Positions 37,078 through 48,877 of a DNA stretch of 64,000 nucleotides are shown here, in pieces; the stretch's first letter is position 1, and each line of letters opens with the position of its first letter. Under the pieces are notes generated by a model. It had not been told where the DNA came from and did not search any database. It saw only the letters and a program-made list of their open reading frames with translations. The stretch covers positions 1,054,001 through 1,118,000 of the forward strand of contig AP026127.1 in the NCBI GenBank assembly GCA_030295235.1, read 5' to 3'. The position numbers were made by a program, and so were the translations under genes. The stretch comes from Fistulifera solaris (Eukaryota).

Positions 37078-38689
37078 TTAATACAATTCCTTTATGCGCT
37101 TTCGAGATTCAGGCTTCATAGTCAAAGGCAGGTAATGGGACTGCCCATTCGCCTTGCAGTGGCCTTGAAACACTTGGTTCTTGTACGATCCTATTTGCCC
37201 TTTCTTAATTACCTCATCTCCAGTAAGCTCGTAGAGCTGTGTCTCTAGACTGCTTCGCATACTGTGCCAAACAGTCAGCAGTTCCATGCAGTGATCGAGT
37301 TTCACGCTGTCTTCTGGTATCGATGACTTTTCAAAAACCGTCGAATCACCTTCTCCAATGCAGTTCCATGGCTTCCGACACTGTGTATAATGAATGTTGT
37401 AGATTTTCTCTATATCTGTGACCTGGCAATCCTCGCAATAATCCAAATCGTTCCGACACTTTCCCACTTTTGGGTGTTTATTTCGAAAACTGGGCTGACT
37501 TCGATACAACACATCCATCCCCATGTGATTGTATCGACATTGATTTAGTTCCACCCATGTATTGTTGAATAGCGTATCATACACATACGCAATCAAGCCC
37601 TGAGCGGCCATTGCACCAACCAATGAACCATATCCCATGCCTCCCCAGCCGTTGTTTCGAGAGAATCCTTCCACGTAATGACCTTCTTTAATCACCTCCA
37701 CGATTTCATCGAACACCGAGGGATCGGGTCGTACCACCAAGAACCCAGCCTGAAACAACGCCTTCCGTCCCGGCATCACTTGACCCCAATCACGCGTCAT
37801 ATAGGCATTTACCGTTTCCGGCCACAACTCATTCGGTCGCTCACGTGGAATACGCGATCTCGCTAATGCTCCTTTCTCACCTGTATCTAGCATCGCATCG
37901 AACAAATCATCCATGGGTTTGTGAAAGACAAAATCGATATCGACGTGAACCACGATAGGGTGATCCGTCAAGTGATAGGCATACAATTTGACAAACTCAT
38001 CGGCGCCGCTGGAAAGAGAAATCGAGTGAGTCAGTGAAGGATTTCCGACAAGCGAGGCTCACAAACTAGTGCTATGCTTACCAACACCATTCTTTGTGTA
38101 TCTTTTTGCGCAAAAACTCCCCTCGAATCTCCGATTTGTCAACCGGTGGATCTCGTATCACTAATTCGTAACCAGCATCGGCTAACTCTTGTGCACACTT
38201 CTCCGCTTGTCGATGAACGATGGCATAGGTTTTATAGTCATACTTGGATCCGGAATGAGGATTGCGCACCGATGTTTGATGGATGCTGTGCTTCAATACA
38301 AGTGCAGCATCTTGTAAGCCAGCGGTACTGGATTGAAAGTCGCCGCATTTGATTAAGGATATCGCATAAGCGATGACAATGGGCTCGTCATCATGTTGGC
38401 TGATTCTCTGTTTGGGTGATTCTCTCTTGTCGGAACGAGTGCTCTTTATCAAGATATTTTTTTCTTCCTTTGGTTTTTCAATCAAGTTCTTCGGTAGCGA
38501 AACAGAGAAGTCCTCTGGCGTTCCCAATGATGGTGTTTCGGTTTCCAAACTCAAGACGAACGAAAGGATACACAACAAGGCGGCACACGAGACGACGGCC
38601 GGCACAATCAACCACAGAATCCATCCAACAGCACTCGCTCGTTGTGATGCAGCACCTCGCCGTGCCGATAAACGTGTTTGTCGTTGCAT
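37078..38689 (-). CDS. Glycogenin-like / GT8-type glycosyltransferase, type II membrane protein
   Basis: TM anchor; intron 38009-38081 gives WCCGADEFVKLYAY; VVHVDIDF (DxD), FQAGFLVVRPD, IHYTQCRKPW. Confidence 0.85.
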
Positions 38690-38787
38690 ACTAGTTCGCA
38701 ACCATCATTCTGTGCGTATTAAATAGTCAAATGGATTCAAGTAGGTCAACGTTATCCGAAAGTTTGCGTCGTTTTTGTGTGACTTTT

Positions 38788-39047
38788 TTCCTTTGTGCGA
38801 AAGGAATGACCCCTCAGTCACGCAGGGGGAGTCCCGCCCGGTGTCTGCAAAGAAGAAACACCATTCTACATGTAATTTCACAGTCGCAGTACCGCTCTTC
38901 GTTAGCTCACCATGATGCGGTACTCAAAACTCCGTCGCTTTTGCAAACGAGCAAAAACGCGACGATGGCATTGAATAGCAACAAAACACTTTGAGATTAC
39001 GTAGTTTATCGGTTGTGTTAAGCCCACCCGGCTGATCCGATAATCTC
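38788..39047 (-). ncRNA. Candidate structured non-coding RNA or element (about six consecutive hairpins), family unknown
   Basis: Stems TTCCTTT/AAAGGAA, CCCCT/AGGGG, GGTGT/ACACC, AGTACCGC/GCGGTACT, CGTCGC+TTTTGC/GCAAAA+GCGACG and TTATCGG/CCGATAA; two stems extend with G-U pairs on the minus strand. Confidence 0.35.
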
Positions 39048-39902
39048 TTTATTTAAGTTCTCGGAAATGGGCGTCTGAATTGGTTCGTGAGGATATGAAG
39101 TTTATTTTCGGGGCCGTATCTTTTGCGGCCAACCGACACATTATACGGTTCCTCGCATTAAATTCTTCTCTTGCCGCTGATCGCGTGGCTGCTACTTCAA
39201 GTGTGATCGATTAATTCTTTAACTATCACCGTCATCTGCTTGTTTCCTGCCGTCGTCATACGTGGGCGGACAACTTGAGTGACTCTTTAGCTCAACTTCC
39301 CCACGTTTTTTGAACCCTCGAGATATCCTTCAGAGCGCAATTTTCGCCGGCTTTTCCAACCTGGGATGTTTGAAGTCGATTCAATCTTTGGCCTTAGGTT
39401 ACGTCATAAGTTTCTCGTGTCTCAACCCTCGTTTTCGACTGCTTCTGAAGGCAATGGAAAACAAAGCGGGGTGGCTTCTTTGTTCTTTACAGCAAGATCG
39501 GGTTTGTGACATTCGCTGAAACACAGCTCCGGGCTCCGGACAGTTCGGGAACTATGTCGTTACTCGCTCCATGAAGAAGGTTCCTTGTAGTTGTGGCCTG
39601 TACTCGTGGTCTTCAGTACCACAAGTGTCGGAACCTTCTCCGCGTGTAAAAGATAACCGGAAGTAGAAACGCAAGTTGCTTCTTAAGGCGAGAACACTAG
39701 CGCATCCAGAGCGAAAGAGGTAATGAATTATGAATTACGAATAAACGCGGACCACAACGAAAGAAACAGCAAACTGAGTCTCGTGTTGTATGTTACAAGG
39801 GACTTATCATCAATGTCAACGACAACTGGACATGGGTAACTTAGAGGACGTTTCGTCAAAGGGGAAGATCCGCAAGAAATGAGTAGATCATTTGTATTCG
39901 GT

Positions 39903-41730
39903 TCAATCGTAAGCGTATGCGGTTACTCTCCAGTCTGAGTTTTTACCCGAAGCGGTGGAGAAGAGTTCCGCTTGGGATTTCTCCATGTCGTCATTTTCAT
40001 TAGGGTCGTAACATGAAACGGCCTCTACGCCGATAACTCGACCCAATTCGTCACAAACTGGGACAAGGCAGTTTCGAAAATTGCAACTGATATCTCGTAC
40101 AAACTCGTCTCCGCCGCCCCAAGACACAAGGGCACTGGCGATGTATTCGTGCCGCATGTGCGCTCGAGCAATAACTGCCATCGGCAAGTAATGCCAACAT
40201 TTATTGACAACAGGCCAAAGTTCGTGACGAGCAAGAACTTTGTTGTTCTTATTTGTCATGACAAGTTCACGTTTAACCTCGTTTACCAAGGCGGGAGCGA
40301 TACAGTCATCGATGACATTGCAAATAGACGAGTCGGGTGGTGGGTAGGTCAACTGCCAATCTCGTTTTTCGAATTCTTTCTCGAGAAAAATACGGAGGTC
40401 TTCGTCAATGTGGGAGTTATGCATCTGGTATCGTACTTTCACTCGCTTCCCTGTTTTGCTTCCAACTCGAATGGCAATCTCTTCAACGCTGTCGAACTCA
40501 TCATTTCGGAAAAATGATTTGAAATTAAACTCTTCTAACCCAACATCTTTCACGTATCGTTTTCCTCTCTCAACCAGGACATTTTCAGCAACCTCAGGAT
40601 AGGTATACGAGCCGCTGTCATGGTAAACACGGCTGTAAATCTTTTGCTTCGCTCTAGCCCGAGCGCCAAGTTGTTCCAGGCTGACAAGATAAGCCAGACC
40701 ACCTTTCGTTAAGTCGTTTTTGACAGGCGCAAATGCAGCCGACATGAGTACCGATGTTTTCTCTAGACTGGTTGCTTGCGACCTAGATTGGTTCACTGGT
40801 TCCATTCCAAAAATCGGAACCCATTCATGATTTCGACGCTCGACGGTAGACCAAAACCACATTACGTCCATGTGAACTAGCAGAATCTGCACTTCGTTGA
40901 AGGTTACGGCTGATTTCCAAAACATAAGAAATTCTCGAGCCCAGCAATAGCGTTCCAATTTGTTCTCCGAATCAAGCTTTGGACGAGATCGATCGCTTGT
41001 GAACGACGAGTCTGGAAGGGATATGATGGCGTTTCGAATTGTGTATTTTCCGAGCATCTCAAAAATGCCCAATCCAGAAGTCATTTTCTTTATTTCGGCC
41101 CATGACATGTTTTGGCGTCCTTGATCGAAAAATTTGTAAATGATCTTGAGAGTCAAAGGACCTTGTTGCAGCATAAGTTCAGCTTTTTCTGCGCATTTCT
41201 CCTTTGTTGTCGTATCGGCGGTGTCCCATTTATCATTGTCCATAAAGCTGTTGTTACTTTCATTAGCTTGTTCGCCGCTTATGAGCTTGGTAAACACTCG
41301 TTTAGGTGTAACAAAAGATCGCTGCTTTGATTCCGAGGTAATTGCGTTCATTCCAGAATCGTTTCGGCGCTTTCTTTCCTTCGTAGGATTCTTTGCCCAA
41401 CCGGCCAATGTTTTTGTGCTGACGCCCCACGCATGCGCAACCAGTTTTACAACAGAAGAACCATATGGTTTTAGAGCAGCAAACAACTTTAAAGCCTTTG
41501 CTTTCTCCGAGGTTGTATGTTGACGCTTAGCGCCGTCTGTTTCGAAATCTTGTGGTGCCGAAGCCGGATCGATCTGTATCTCCAAGTTTCTTAGCCAGCC
41601 GAACATTGCCGTACTACGGTGCTTCAACTCCGATATAGCCCTACATTCAGCCGCTTCCGGGTTAATCTCACGAGTCGCCGCAATAAGCCAGTCGTTTGAA
41701 TATTTGGGGGTGACGACTGAGATCGCTCAA
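39903..41730 (-). mobile_element. Tc1/mariner (plant-mariner-like DDD) transposase-derived ORF with altered catalytic triad
   Basis: HTH-like VAHAWGVSTKTLAGW and RKRRNDSG; VHMDVMWF (cf. VHIDEKWF), YQMHNSH (cf. QQDNAxPH), PPPDSSICNVID (cf. QPPNSPDxNVLD), GGGDEF (cf. GGNxY). The frame stays open upstream of the track start to ~41730; the true ATG may be 41844 via frameshifts. Confidence 0.78.
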
Positions 41731-42116
41731 CAAAGGAATCATTGCGCTCAAAGTGTTGTTCGCCCCGTAGAGCACTCGGATGAGGATAAAAGACGTCCCC
41801 TGGACGAAACCAGGCGTATTTTGATTGAATTTTGTCTTATTCATTGGGCGCACTCCCCTAACAATATAAAGATTGATGAATATGGTGAAAAAGATGAACA
41901 ATGCAGGAAGAACAGAATGCAACAACTTGGGATGCAAGATCAAAAACGAAAAACGGAAATGAAAAAAAAAAAAGAAAAGAAGTTTCTGGCTTTAAAAAGA
42001 AAACTTCATTATTTATAAAACTAAGTACCACTATACTACAAGAAAAACAATACTAACATTCCGGTAACGGATTTGACGCTGGTCCCCCTAAGCTTCCCTA
42101 CAACGGCTACAAGAAA

Positions 42117-43912
42117 TTTGCATCTTTGCTGCCGTTTGCGTTTTTCCATCCGTTTGTTATCAATTATTGAAAATAATTTGGCGTTATCAATGTAAACCAT
42201 AGCCAGGATGACATTGGTGCACAATGGACCCGAGAATCGGTGTGATCGAAACAATGCAATATCCGGGTACCTCCTCTGTCGCTAAATTTCCCTACGAGAG
42301 CTACGTGGAATTCACGTAGACATTTCGAAGCGTTGCATCTTTGCTGCCGTTTGCGTTTTTCCATCCGTTTGTTATCAATTATTGATAATAATTTCGCGTT
42401 ATCAATGTAAACCATAGCCAGGATGACATTGGTGCACAATGGACCCGAGAATCGGTGTGATCGAAACAATGCAATATCCGGGTACCCCCTCTGTCGCTAA
42501 ATTTCCCTACGAGAGCTACGTGGAATTCACGTAGACATTTCGAAGCGTTGCATCTTTGCTGCCGTTTGCGTTTTTCCATCCGTTTGTTATCAATTATTGA
42601 TAATAATTTGGCGTTATCAATGTAAACCATAGCCAGGATGACATTGGTGCACAATGGACCCGAGAATCGGTGTGATCGAAACAATGCAATATCCGGGTAC
42701 CCCCTCTGTCGCTAAATTTCCCTACGAGAGCTACGTGGAATTCACGTAGACATTTCGAAGCGTTGCATCTTTGCTGCCGTGTGCGTTTTTCCATCAGTTT
42801 GTTATCAATTATTGATAATAATTTCGTGTTATCAATGTAAACCATAGCCAGGATGACATTGGTGCACAATGGACCCGAGAATCGGTGTGATCGAAACAAT
42901 TCAATATCCGGGTACCCCCTCTGTCGCTAAATTTCCCTACGAGAGCTACGTGGAATTCACGTAGACATTTCGAAGCGTTGCATCTTTGCTGCCGTTTGCG
43001 TTTTTCCATCCGTTTGTTATCAATTGTTGATAATAATTTGGCGTTATCAATGTAAACCATAGCCAGGATGACATTGGTGCACAATGGACCCGAGAATCGG
43101 TGTGATCGAAACAATGCAATATCCGGGTACCCCCTCTGTCGCTAAATTTCCTACGAGAGCTACGTGGAATTCACGTAGACATTTCGAAGCGTTGCATCTT
43201 TGCTGCCGTTTGCGTTTTTCCATCCGTTTGTTATCAATTATTGATAATAATTTCGCGTTATCAATGTAAACCATAGCCAGGATGACATTGGTGCACAATG
43301 GACCCGAGAATCGGTGTGATCGAAACAATGCAATATCCGGGTACCCCCTCTGTCGCTAAATTTCCCTACGAGAGCTACGTGGAATTCACGTAGACATTTC
43401 GAAGCGTTGCATCTTTGCTGCCGTGTGCGTTTTTCCATCCGTTTGTTATCAATTATTGAAAATAATTTGGCGTTATCAATGTAAACCATAGCCAGGATGA
43501 CATTGGTGCACAATGGACCCGAGAATCGGTGTGATCGAAACAATGCAATATCCGGGTACCCCCTCTGTCGCTAAATTTCCTACGAGAGCTACGTGGAATT
43601 CACGTAGACATTTCGAAGCGTTGCATCTTTGCTGCCGTTTGCGTTTTTCCATCCGTTTGTTATCAATTGTTGATAATAATTTGGCGTTATCAATGTAAAC
43701 CATAGCCAGGATGACATTAGTGCACAATGGACCCGAGAATCGGTGTGATCGAAACAATGCAATATCCGGGTACCCCCTCTGTCGCTAAATTTCCCTACGA
43801 GAGCTACGTGGAATTCACGTAGACATTTCGAAGCGTTGCATCTTTGCTGCCGTTTGCGTTTTTCCATCCGTTTGTTACGGAGTATCAATTATTGATAATA
43901 ATTTCGCGTTAT
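42117..43912. repeat. Satellite array, 215-bp unit, 8 full copies plus a partial ninth
   Basis: CATCTTTGCTGCC at 42121, 42336, 42551, 42766, 42981, 43195, 43410, 43624 and 43839; only a few substitutions per unit; degenerate partial copy at 42060-42116. Confidence 0.98.
43876..43884. mobile_element. Probable mariner/Stowaway-type excision footprint TA-CGGAG-TA
   Basis: Eight units read TTTGT-TA-TCAATT; the ninth reads TTTGT-TACGGAGTA-TCAATT, i.e. a TA duplication plus CGGAG. Confidence 0.7.
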
Positions 43913-43930
43913 TAAAGTCTGCAGTATATA

Positions 43931-45680
43931 ATGGACTCTTTTATAAGGGAAATCAAGAAGAAGACAAAGAAGCGCCGACGCGACGAGAAAGAGGAGCATG
44001 ACACCAGGAAAGTGAAACAACAAAGGAATGAAGAAACACGCTCGTCGAAGGTCACAATTAAAGCTACGAGTAATAATTACCATACAGTGAACAAAACGTC
44101 CGATTCGACTGTGCAGCCGATTAACTTTGATTATCGCTATACTATGGCACCAATGGTCGGAGCAAGTGAGCTGGCGTTTCGTCTATTGTGCCGAAATTAC
44201 GGCACACAACTTTGTTATACTCCCATGATGTCAGCCCAAGATTTTGCAATCGATCCGTCCAGTGCAGGATTTCAAACAACTGCTCAAGATCGACCTCTTG
44301 TCTGTCATTTTTGGGCCAATAAGCCAGCAGACCTGGTCGCGGCGGCCAAGAGAGCGGCGACACTGTGTGATGCCATTGATTTGAATCTCGGATGTCCTCA
44401 ACGAACCGCTTATTTGGGTCATTTTGGAAGTTACTTGCTGGATCCGGAAGATCGAAAACTGATTTGTGACATTGTCCGTGCCACTGCGACTGCAGTAGAC
44501 ATTCCTGTGTTTTGTAAAATACGATTGTTAGACACCGAAGAGAAAACATTGGAACTGGTTCGTCAATTGAGAGATTCGGGGGCTGCTTTGGTTGCTATAC
44601 ATGCTCGTTACCGAGCTTCTTGGGAAAGAAAAGGGCCCCGGAGCTCGCGATGGTCCTGCACATCTCGATCAAATTACCAGAATTTATGAACAGTTGAGAA
44701 AGGATGGGAAGCCGCTTTTACTCGTAACCAATGGAAACACCATAACCTGGAATGACGTAGAAGAGAATTTGAAAAGTACAGGAGCGGATGGGCTGATGAG
44801 TGCGGAGGGCCTGTTGGACGATCCTGCTTTGTTTCTTTCTCGTCTGAAAGCCAAACCTGATGAGCAAGTTGCCGTCACGTCCATCGCTGTCCCGTCGGAT
44901 GGAAAGGCTTTGGAAATGCGTCGCAAAACATTAAAGAAATTACGAAAAATCCAAACCCTCGAAAGCAAGAGCGTCCTGGATGCCAAAGAAAAGGAACTGC
45001 TCGCATCGAAAGATCATCTTATAAAAAAGCTTGCGAAACTGGATGCATCTCTAGGCCCGCCGTCGGTCCAATCGACTACTCTGCCGTTTTGTGAGTTGCA
45101 TGAGAGAGGGAGCAACAAGCTGACACTGGCACGCGAATACCTTGACTTTGCCTCTGTTTATCCAGTGCAAATACGTTCCGTTGTTTTCCACGTTCGCCGG
45201 ATGTTGAAAGGGCCACTGGACCGATATCAATTAATGGAAGATTGTTTGCAATGCACGTCCATCGATGAGATCCGCACAAAGATTCTTGACTGTATAGAAA
45301 GATACCAGAGTGACCCCAAGTCTTTCGTGTTTGATCAACATAAGGCCCAAGCGGAGAAACAAGCCCTGGCGCTCCGCAAGGAACAAGAAGGGAAGCGAAA
45401 AGAGTACGAAGCGAGAATGATGCGAAAGGCCAAGCGCGAAGGGAAAGATCGGTTGTACTACCTCCAGATTGGTGCGGAACCGCCCACTCGACGAGAAGTC
45501 GCTAAACTGCGAAACATGGCTGATCAAAAGGAAGCTATGCAGCTTTGGAAAGAAAAACATTCGCAGCATTGCTTTTTGCACCACATCTCAGAATGTCCTC
45601 GTGGTCGTACTTGCGCATTTCTGCACATGGAATGTGCTGATGGCAATAACTTCCAGGAGCAAGATGAGCTAGCAGGGTAG
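43931..45680 (+). CDS. tRNA-dihydrouridine synthase (DUS1-like) with C-terminal CCCH zinc finger
   Basis: MAPMVGASELAFRLLCRNYG, DRPLVCHF, IDLNLGCPQ, VFCKIRLL, AIHAR, NGN, GLMSAEGLLDDPALF; HCFLHHISECPRGRTCAFLH; extra C near 44638. Confidence 0.92.
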
Positions 45681-45844
45681 TGAAACTATTCTAATCGTCA
45701 TGAATTATCAACCTTATTTAGCTGGAAGTTTTCCAGCAAAAATACGAGCTAAGACTACTATATTCTTACCGACGAGCCGATACATCGAGATAATACATTC
45801 TTTCTGAATCTCTATCAATTTATAAGGAAATGTGTTTATCTATA

Positions 45845-48045
45845 CTAGAACCGTTGGATCAATTCGCAATAGTTCAAAAGGGAAGTAAGATCCTGGGATG
45901 GATCTGGTTCCGGATCGCAAAGCCACGACGGAAGTTCTTCAGTGCTGTCATCGTGTTGCGAGCAAACTGCTAGAGCGAGCACGTGAAAGGGAACTTCCCC
46001 CATTTGATCGGTAGATGCGACTGAAATAGCATGCGCATGGACCAGTGCTTCAATAGTTTCCCAAGTCTTTTCGTTGCGCACGCATAATGGATTGGGTAGC
46101 GGCCAGTACTATCCCGGACGGCAGCAGCTTCTGGGTAAAGCTGCACCAGCTGGCGAACGAGATCGGTATCAGAAGGGTGACGACAAGCCAACTGCAAGGG
46201 AAATTCAGGGGTCGCAATCTGCAATGCCGCGGGATAAGCGTCATACAACATAGAAATATCGCTCCACGGCTTGCCAGCCCTGCAAGCAAGCTGGAAAGGG
46301 AGAAAACCATCTGCATCCGGTATCGTAGCTGCTCTGGAGTGTAGCTGTATGAGTTTCTGGAGGAATCCAGCGGTCGATCGAGGATTCGAGGCCGCCAGAT
46401 GTAGTGGTAACGAACCGCGCGCGAAAACTTGTACTGCACCGCGAGCAGCATTCAATATCGTTTCCATGTCAGCGTTCCAGTCGGTTCCACTCTGACAGGC
46501 ATAATGGATGGGCATATAACTCGCTTCATCTGCTTGCAATGCTGCCTGTGGAAAAGACCGGACGAGCTGTACAATAACGGAACGTTCGGTCTCGTCATCT
46601 TCGTTTTCATCATCCGAGTCTACTTCGTGTTGATTCATAGCTCTGGCTGCGCGATGTAGTGGCGTGAGTCCAAAGTTATCGGGAATTTGCACAGCGCGCG
46701 GGTAAAATTCCGTCAAAATCGCAGCATGCTGCGTCCAATCCGTTTTGCGTGGATTTTCCACCAAGCGATGTAAAGGCAAAGAACCAGTCTCGTCGGGGAT
46801 TTTTGCGGCTTCGCGGTACAAACTCAATAAAGTAATAATAACCATTTTGCCGAGTTCGCCCGAAGCGTTCGAAGAAGCAGCAAGATGAAGTGCCGTTTGC
46901 GGTGCAGTCCCCGGCCTCAAGTCTCCGCAATCCAGCTCACTGACTTGCTCCGGGTGCAGCGCACATGCTAGACGGAATAGCGATAGATGGCATTTCACAG
47001 CCGCGGTTGCGTGTACTATGCGCCATTTTCGGTTCGTAGTACTCGGTACAACAAAGCCTGCCTCCGTTTCGTCATCATCTTCTACAGGAAACCCGAAGGC
47101 AGCTTTTAATAACAGATTCGCCTTGTCCCATCTCTCTTTCAGTTTCGTTTCTTTCTCAAGACGCTTTCGTAGAAAAACAGCCCGCTCTTCCGCACTTGTA
47201 TCCTCTGGCTCGGGGAATCCTCCCGGCAAAAAGCTAGCCACTAATCGTTTCCCTTCCAACTTTTCTGCCCAAGTATTCCAGACCAATGCGAGAGGAGAAT
47301 CTTCGTGATAATCTTCTTCCAGTACTACATTCGGGTCTAATTGAAGCAACAAGCCCACCACACCCGGCGGAGCATCGTATCGCACGGCATAAAAGAGCGG
47401 CGTGCGTCCCATATGATCTCGTTTCGAAACCGTATGCTTTCCTCGTTGATCCAAATGCAACAATAAATAAACCACGGCCTTGGGAGCTTTAAAGCGACAA
47501 GCATAATGCAGAGGCAACCATCCATTCTTTTCTTCCGGCAACCAGAGTGTCTCTGGAGCCGCTTCAATTAACGCCCGCGCCACTTCGGGATCCGGACAGC
47601 GTCGATTGCACATGTGATGCAAGGCCGTCCATCCGTCTTTGCCGGTATATCCGGCCCACTCGGGCTTCTCGCGACACAATCGCAAGACTTCCGGCCAATC
47701 GGTAATCCGCGCGGCATCGTGAATCGCAGAAGACCGACCTTGACTGTCGACGGGCTTGCTGGTCGATCGACTGGTGGGCAAGTAAAAATCATTTGACGAT
47801 CCCCACGAAGAAGTACCGTGCAGTTGAAATGTCGACGCACCCAAAAAATCGCGATTCGTGGTCCAACTCTCTTGTAATCTTGATATTAAATTTTGTTGAT
47901 CGCTATTGTTCGTTCGTGCACTCGTATCGAACGACTGAATCCGTCCCGATTGTTGCAGTGATGCGGAGGGCGTGCACGACAACGATTCGCTTTGATAACG
48001 ACGATGTGCCGTCGGCGCGATCTTTTCTTCTTTTGATTGTTCCAT
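45845..48045 (-). CDS. Ankyrin-repeat protein (diatom type)
   Basis: Many GWTALH / GWLPLHYAC / GRTPLFYA / GSLPLH repeats; frameshift in an A run near 46070. Confidence 0.88.
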
Positions 48046-48877
48046 TTTGTGTTGAATAATAGAAAGGCTTTTACCAAGTGATGAATTGTGAGTTGTAAGA
48101 GTGTTCGTAGCCAGAAATCAAACTTTCACAGTCGAATAAAACAATAAATAATCATTCCTTCGAATTGCAACGAGCACGCGTTTGTCGTGTGAAATCATAC
48201 TCCGTTCAATAAAGGGAGCGCATTTCGCGTCTTTGCGGCCGCGCCTGTCACTCCTAAATCTTGCCGTTAAAGCATACTCATCTATCGAACCGGCACTAAC
48301 TACGGTTATTAAGAGGATAAACACCAGCCTTCGTTCGTTTCGCAGGACTGATTTCGCAAAAACCCTTGCCGGAGTCGCCGCAGAACAAAGACTGTGTCTG
48401 CTGAAAGTGCGCGGAAGCCTTATGTATTCAAGCGAGAGTTGCCTACCGGTACTGCTTCCCTATATACGAAAAGTATTCATCTATGTAAAGAACAAGGAAG
48501 CAGTAGTACTTAAAGACACTGGGACTTCGTCCTCTAAGTATGGTTATTTCGTTCGACGGAGTGACAAAAACTGCCCCTCGTACAGTATAGCTCGCAGCCG
48601 CGAAAAGAATAAGGCAAGGAAGAACGCGCTCAACGCCAACACCATGCGAGCTCAAGAGAGAGAAAAGTGCTTTTGTCTCGGATTGAGACCAACAGAGCGC
48701 GTAGCGCCTTCTATCACCTTGCGTCTGCTCAAGAGTATCTTCGGCGGATTCAAAGTCGTAGCCGACCTTCTCTCTCATACCATCGTAGTTGACTGCACTT
48801 TCGCCGTCGCTATAAAACGCAAGAGTTCTTGACGTCAGTTGTCAAACCTGGCTTGTTACTTCACTTTTGCCTCCTAG

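Noticed and set aside
39065..39090. Minus-strand AACCAATTCAGACGCCCAT resembling the 3' conserved region of RNase P RNA
   Set aside because: No convincing upstream CR-I (GAAxxUCUG) in proper context; a short match is plausible by chance.
42117..43912. CRISPR-like array, or coding ORFs (MFRSHRFSG...) in the 215-bp repeat
   Set aside because: Units are near-identical along their whole length with no unique spacers and no cas genes. 215 is not a multiple of 3, so the ORFs are by-products of the repeat.
48182..48832. 216-aa TTG-initiated ORF between the ankyrin and BPNT genes
   Set aside because: Non-ATG start in a eukaryote, no motif, and it occupies a divergent promoter region.
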